DNA of 64,000 bases from the human T2T-CHM13v2.0 reference genome, Homo sapiens. The translations under genes and the position numbers were made by a program. Shown here one piece after another: positions 60,901-64,000 of this stretch (the stretch's first letter is position 1; each line of letters opens with the position of its first letter). Below the pieces are notes generated by a model. It made no database searches. It was given only the letters and a program-made list of their open reading frames with translations, and was not told where the DNA came from. The stretch lies in NCBI RefSeq assembly GCF_009914755.1, contig NC_060931.1; one strand, given 5' to 3'.

Positions 60901-61714
60901 ACACATTTGTAGGCATTATCAAGTCCTGAAAGCACACAGAAAGGCAAAAGAAACAATTATGAAGAAGTTAAATTAGCTTAGTCATTTGTCCCAACCAAAT
61001 TTCATATTGCATCATTAACTTAAGAAAGCGTGGAGGCTTTTTGTGTCATTAGTTAATAAACAAGCAATGCCTAAAGTTTAGACATTATTACCTAGAAAGT
61101 TATGATGAGATAATCATATTATCTAGAAAAATACATTAAGGTCTGAGAAATAACATTTCTACAGGATATGAAATTGCATTTCTATAAGTTCACTCTTAGT
61201 TTCAACAAGCTCTATTGTTTCCTTTCTGACTAGGAATGTGGGGTTAACAAAACTAGACTTAGCATGCCAGTTTTTAGCCTTTAGGTAAACAGGTATTTAT
61301 GAAATGTATCTGAATGAACTTGCATGGACTTCTATAAAGGCTTTAAAGTCCTATCACTAACCAACATAAGAGTTTTAAATGGCTGAGTAGACAGAAACAC
61401 CCTAAAGTTAGAAGATGAATAAACTGGGGACAGGGAACCACAACACAACAGAAAAGCCCTCTCAAAAGGAGAAGGTGTACAGGCGTATACGTTTCTACAC
61501 CTATACAGGTGCTAAGTCAGATGTGCTCGGGGGCTGTCTCAAAGGCTCAACACCTCACAGCTCCAGTCCCACTTTACCATTCACAACGCTGAAACTTAGA
61601 GGCCCCTATAGCAAGAAAGAAATTTCTGATTCAACTGGTTAGGAGTGGGGGTGTAGTGGGGAGTGGTCTAGACTCCAGGATATCGGGCATTACTTCTTAA
61701 GACAGCCCACAGCA

Positions 61715-62095
<381 letters not shown>

Positions 62096-62881
62096 TTATT
62101 ACAATTTTATTGTTCTTACTTAAAATTGTTCAATATTTTATAATATTTTAGACATGTATAAAGTGAAGCAAAAAAAAAAAAAAAAGCTGGCTTAAATTAA
62201 CTAAATTACTACCATTCTACAGTCTCCAAATATTTAAAGGTGTCCACCTTCAATCAGATAGATCTGTCACTGAGTGCCTCAATGGGGGTGACAGGTAAAT
62301 AACATCACCCATTAAGGTAAAAGGAGATGAAGGTGAGGAGAAAGTACCTCTTTGTACAACCCCACTGAGGTTTCTATTCTTTCTTCTGCTGTTTAGGGGG
62401 CTAAAGAGACTGGAGGTGGGAAGACTGCAAAGGGTCATTTAATTGTAAGGTACCCAGAGTTGGAGTGAACAAAAAAGCAAAGTAGGATCTAGGGACAATT
62501 TCTGAAAATGATAGGATTAAAACACATACTATGTAACATTCATTCTTGCAATCTGGCATTCAAAATTAGACTTAAGATATGTTTATTATTTTCCTGCTAA
62601 CAGCTTAAAGAACAGTGGGACCTTAAAGCTGGTTTAATCTGACACCAAAAGACAAAAATCTAAAGTAATGGTCATTATAATTATGCAAAGAGTATATTTA
62701 AACGTCTTCTAACACACTATAGAAGTTCCCCCCAAAAGTCACTGATTAATTAACCAAAGCCAAAAAAGGAAAAATTCAATTAGACAGCCATTTCTGGCAT
62801 TAATTACCTCCCCTGAAATGTAAGATTTTTCCCCCTTAGATTTCAAAACTCTCTAAGGAGAAAAACCAAGTAGTAACATAC

Positions 62882-62956
62882 CTATAGATGGAGATTTGAA
62901 AGGGTATTTATCAGGTAGGTCCACTCTAACTTTCCATACTCCGCCTTCATATGGTG
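62882..62956 (-). CDS. UBE2H: UBE2H coding exon 3 (75 nt): (T)[24 protein letters not shown](G)
   Basis: Minus strand tttcag|CACCATATGAAGGC...TCTATAG|gtatgt; E2 motifs PYEGG and YPFKSP. Confidence 0.97.
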   Translation of the reverse strand, partial: HHMKAEYGKLEWTYLINTLSNLHL

Positions 62957-63402
62957 CTGAAATAAAAGTAAAAATGTTCATCAGAACTACATCTCCAAAT
63001 TAGAAAATAAATCTGAGTGTAAATTAAACATTATCCCCTAATCTTCTGAAAACCTTCCAAATTAATTCCTTCAAGAGTCAGGGACCTACTACAATCAATA
63101 GGTGTACCACGTTCAGATTAAGATACTTTTCTTGGAAAGATCCAGAGTTAAAAAATAAGCAGATTCATTCTGCAATTTACTTGATTCTTCAAAAGTACTA
63201 AACACTATTCAATTATTTGGTAAGTAATAGCCATGTTACTTTCCCTCCTATCTCAATAAACCCCATATTCATCCCCCCTCCAAGGCCAAAAAGAAAACAA
63301 CAAAAAACATTTCCTGGAAACCATTCACGTGGCCATCCATAACAAAACCCAGAATTTACAATTCATGTCTAGTACTGTCACATAGAGATAAAGAGAAAAC
63401 TA

Positions 63403-64000
63403 CAGTCAGCCCTCTATATCTGCAGGTTCCACACCCCTGGATTCAACCAACCACAGATCAAAAATATTAGAGAAAAAAATCCAAACAATAATAAATAACA
63501 ATACAATTAAAAATAACACAAAAAAAATACCAAAAAGGACAAGTGCGGTGGGGCTCATGCCTGTAATCCCAGCACTTTGGGAGGCTGAGGCGGGTGGATC
63601 ACCTGAGGTCAGGAGTGCGAGACCAGCCCGGCCAACATGGTGAAACCCTGTCTCTACTAAAATACAGAAATGAGCTGGGCGTGGTGGCAGGCACCTATAG
63701 TCCCAGCTACTTCGAAGGCTGAGGCAGAAGAATTGCTTGAACCCAGGAAGTGGAGGTTACGGTAAGCCACAATCGTGCCACTGCACTCCAGCCTGGGTGA
63801 CAGAGTGAGACTCCATCACTTAATAAATAAATAAATAAATAAAATACAGTATAACAACTATTTACATAACATTTGCGTTGTGTTAGCTATTACAAGTAAT
63901 CTAGATGTGATTTAAAGGACATGGGAGGATGTGTGTAGGTTACATGCAAATTCTATGTCATCTTATAAAGGGACTTGAGCATCTGTGGATTTTGGTATGA
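63403..64000. mobile_element. MER2 (TcMar-Tigger) interrupted by an AluS (+, 63537-63845)
   Basis: cagtcagccctc...ggattcaaccaacc...tacagtataacaactatttacata...gggacttgagcatc. Confidence 0.85.

Overview
Human genomic DNA (Alu-dense, with human-specific L1HS-Ta and AluYb8 insertions) containing the 3' part of UBE2H, a ubiquitin-conjugating E2, on the minus strand. Five coding exons with canonical AG/GT borders can be read directly: 62882-62956, 42217-42256, 40826-40878, 22491-22619 and 18240-18364, corresponding to exons 3-7 of the known gene. They splice into TPYEGGVW...FHPNIDEASGTVCLDVI...DEAQDMEL followed by TAG TAG, then a ~4.2 kb 3'UTR ending near AATAAA at 14052-14057. Exons 1-2 lie beyond the right edge. 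Downstream of the gene are an orphan CpG island (~8.05-9.66 kb) with minus-strand G-skew, GC boxes, a strong minus-strand splice donor and an extended CTCF site, plus a second same-orientation CTCF core at 13482. The rest is ~45 Alus, old L1M, L2, MIR, MLT1 and DNA transposons. Most notable observations: a candidate 51-nt poison exon in intron 3; in-frame co-skipping of exons 4+5 that would delete the catalytic Cys; a 146-bp inverted templated insertion inside an Alu; a cluster of young and odd insertions at 49.9-51.9 kb; and the CpG island as a possible unannotated minus-strand promoter. No prokaryote-type system is present, and nearly all ORFs in the supplied track are repeat- or GC-derived noise. 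Repeat family calls are from remembered consensus sequences, not from a RepeatMasker run.
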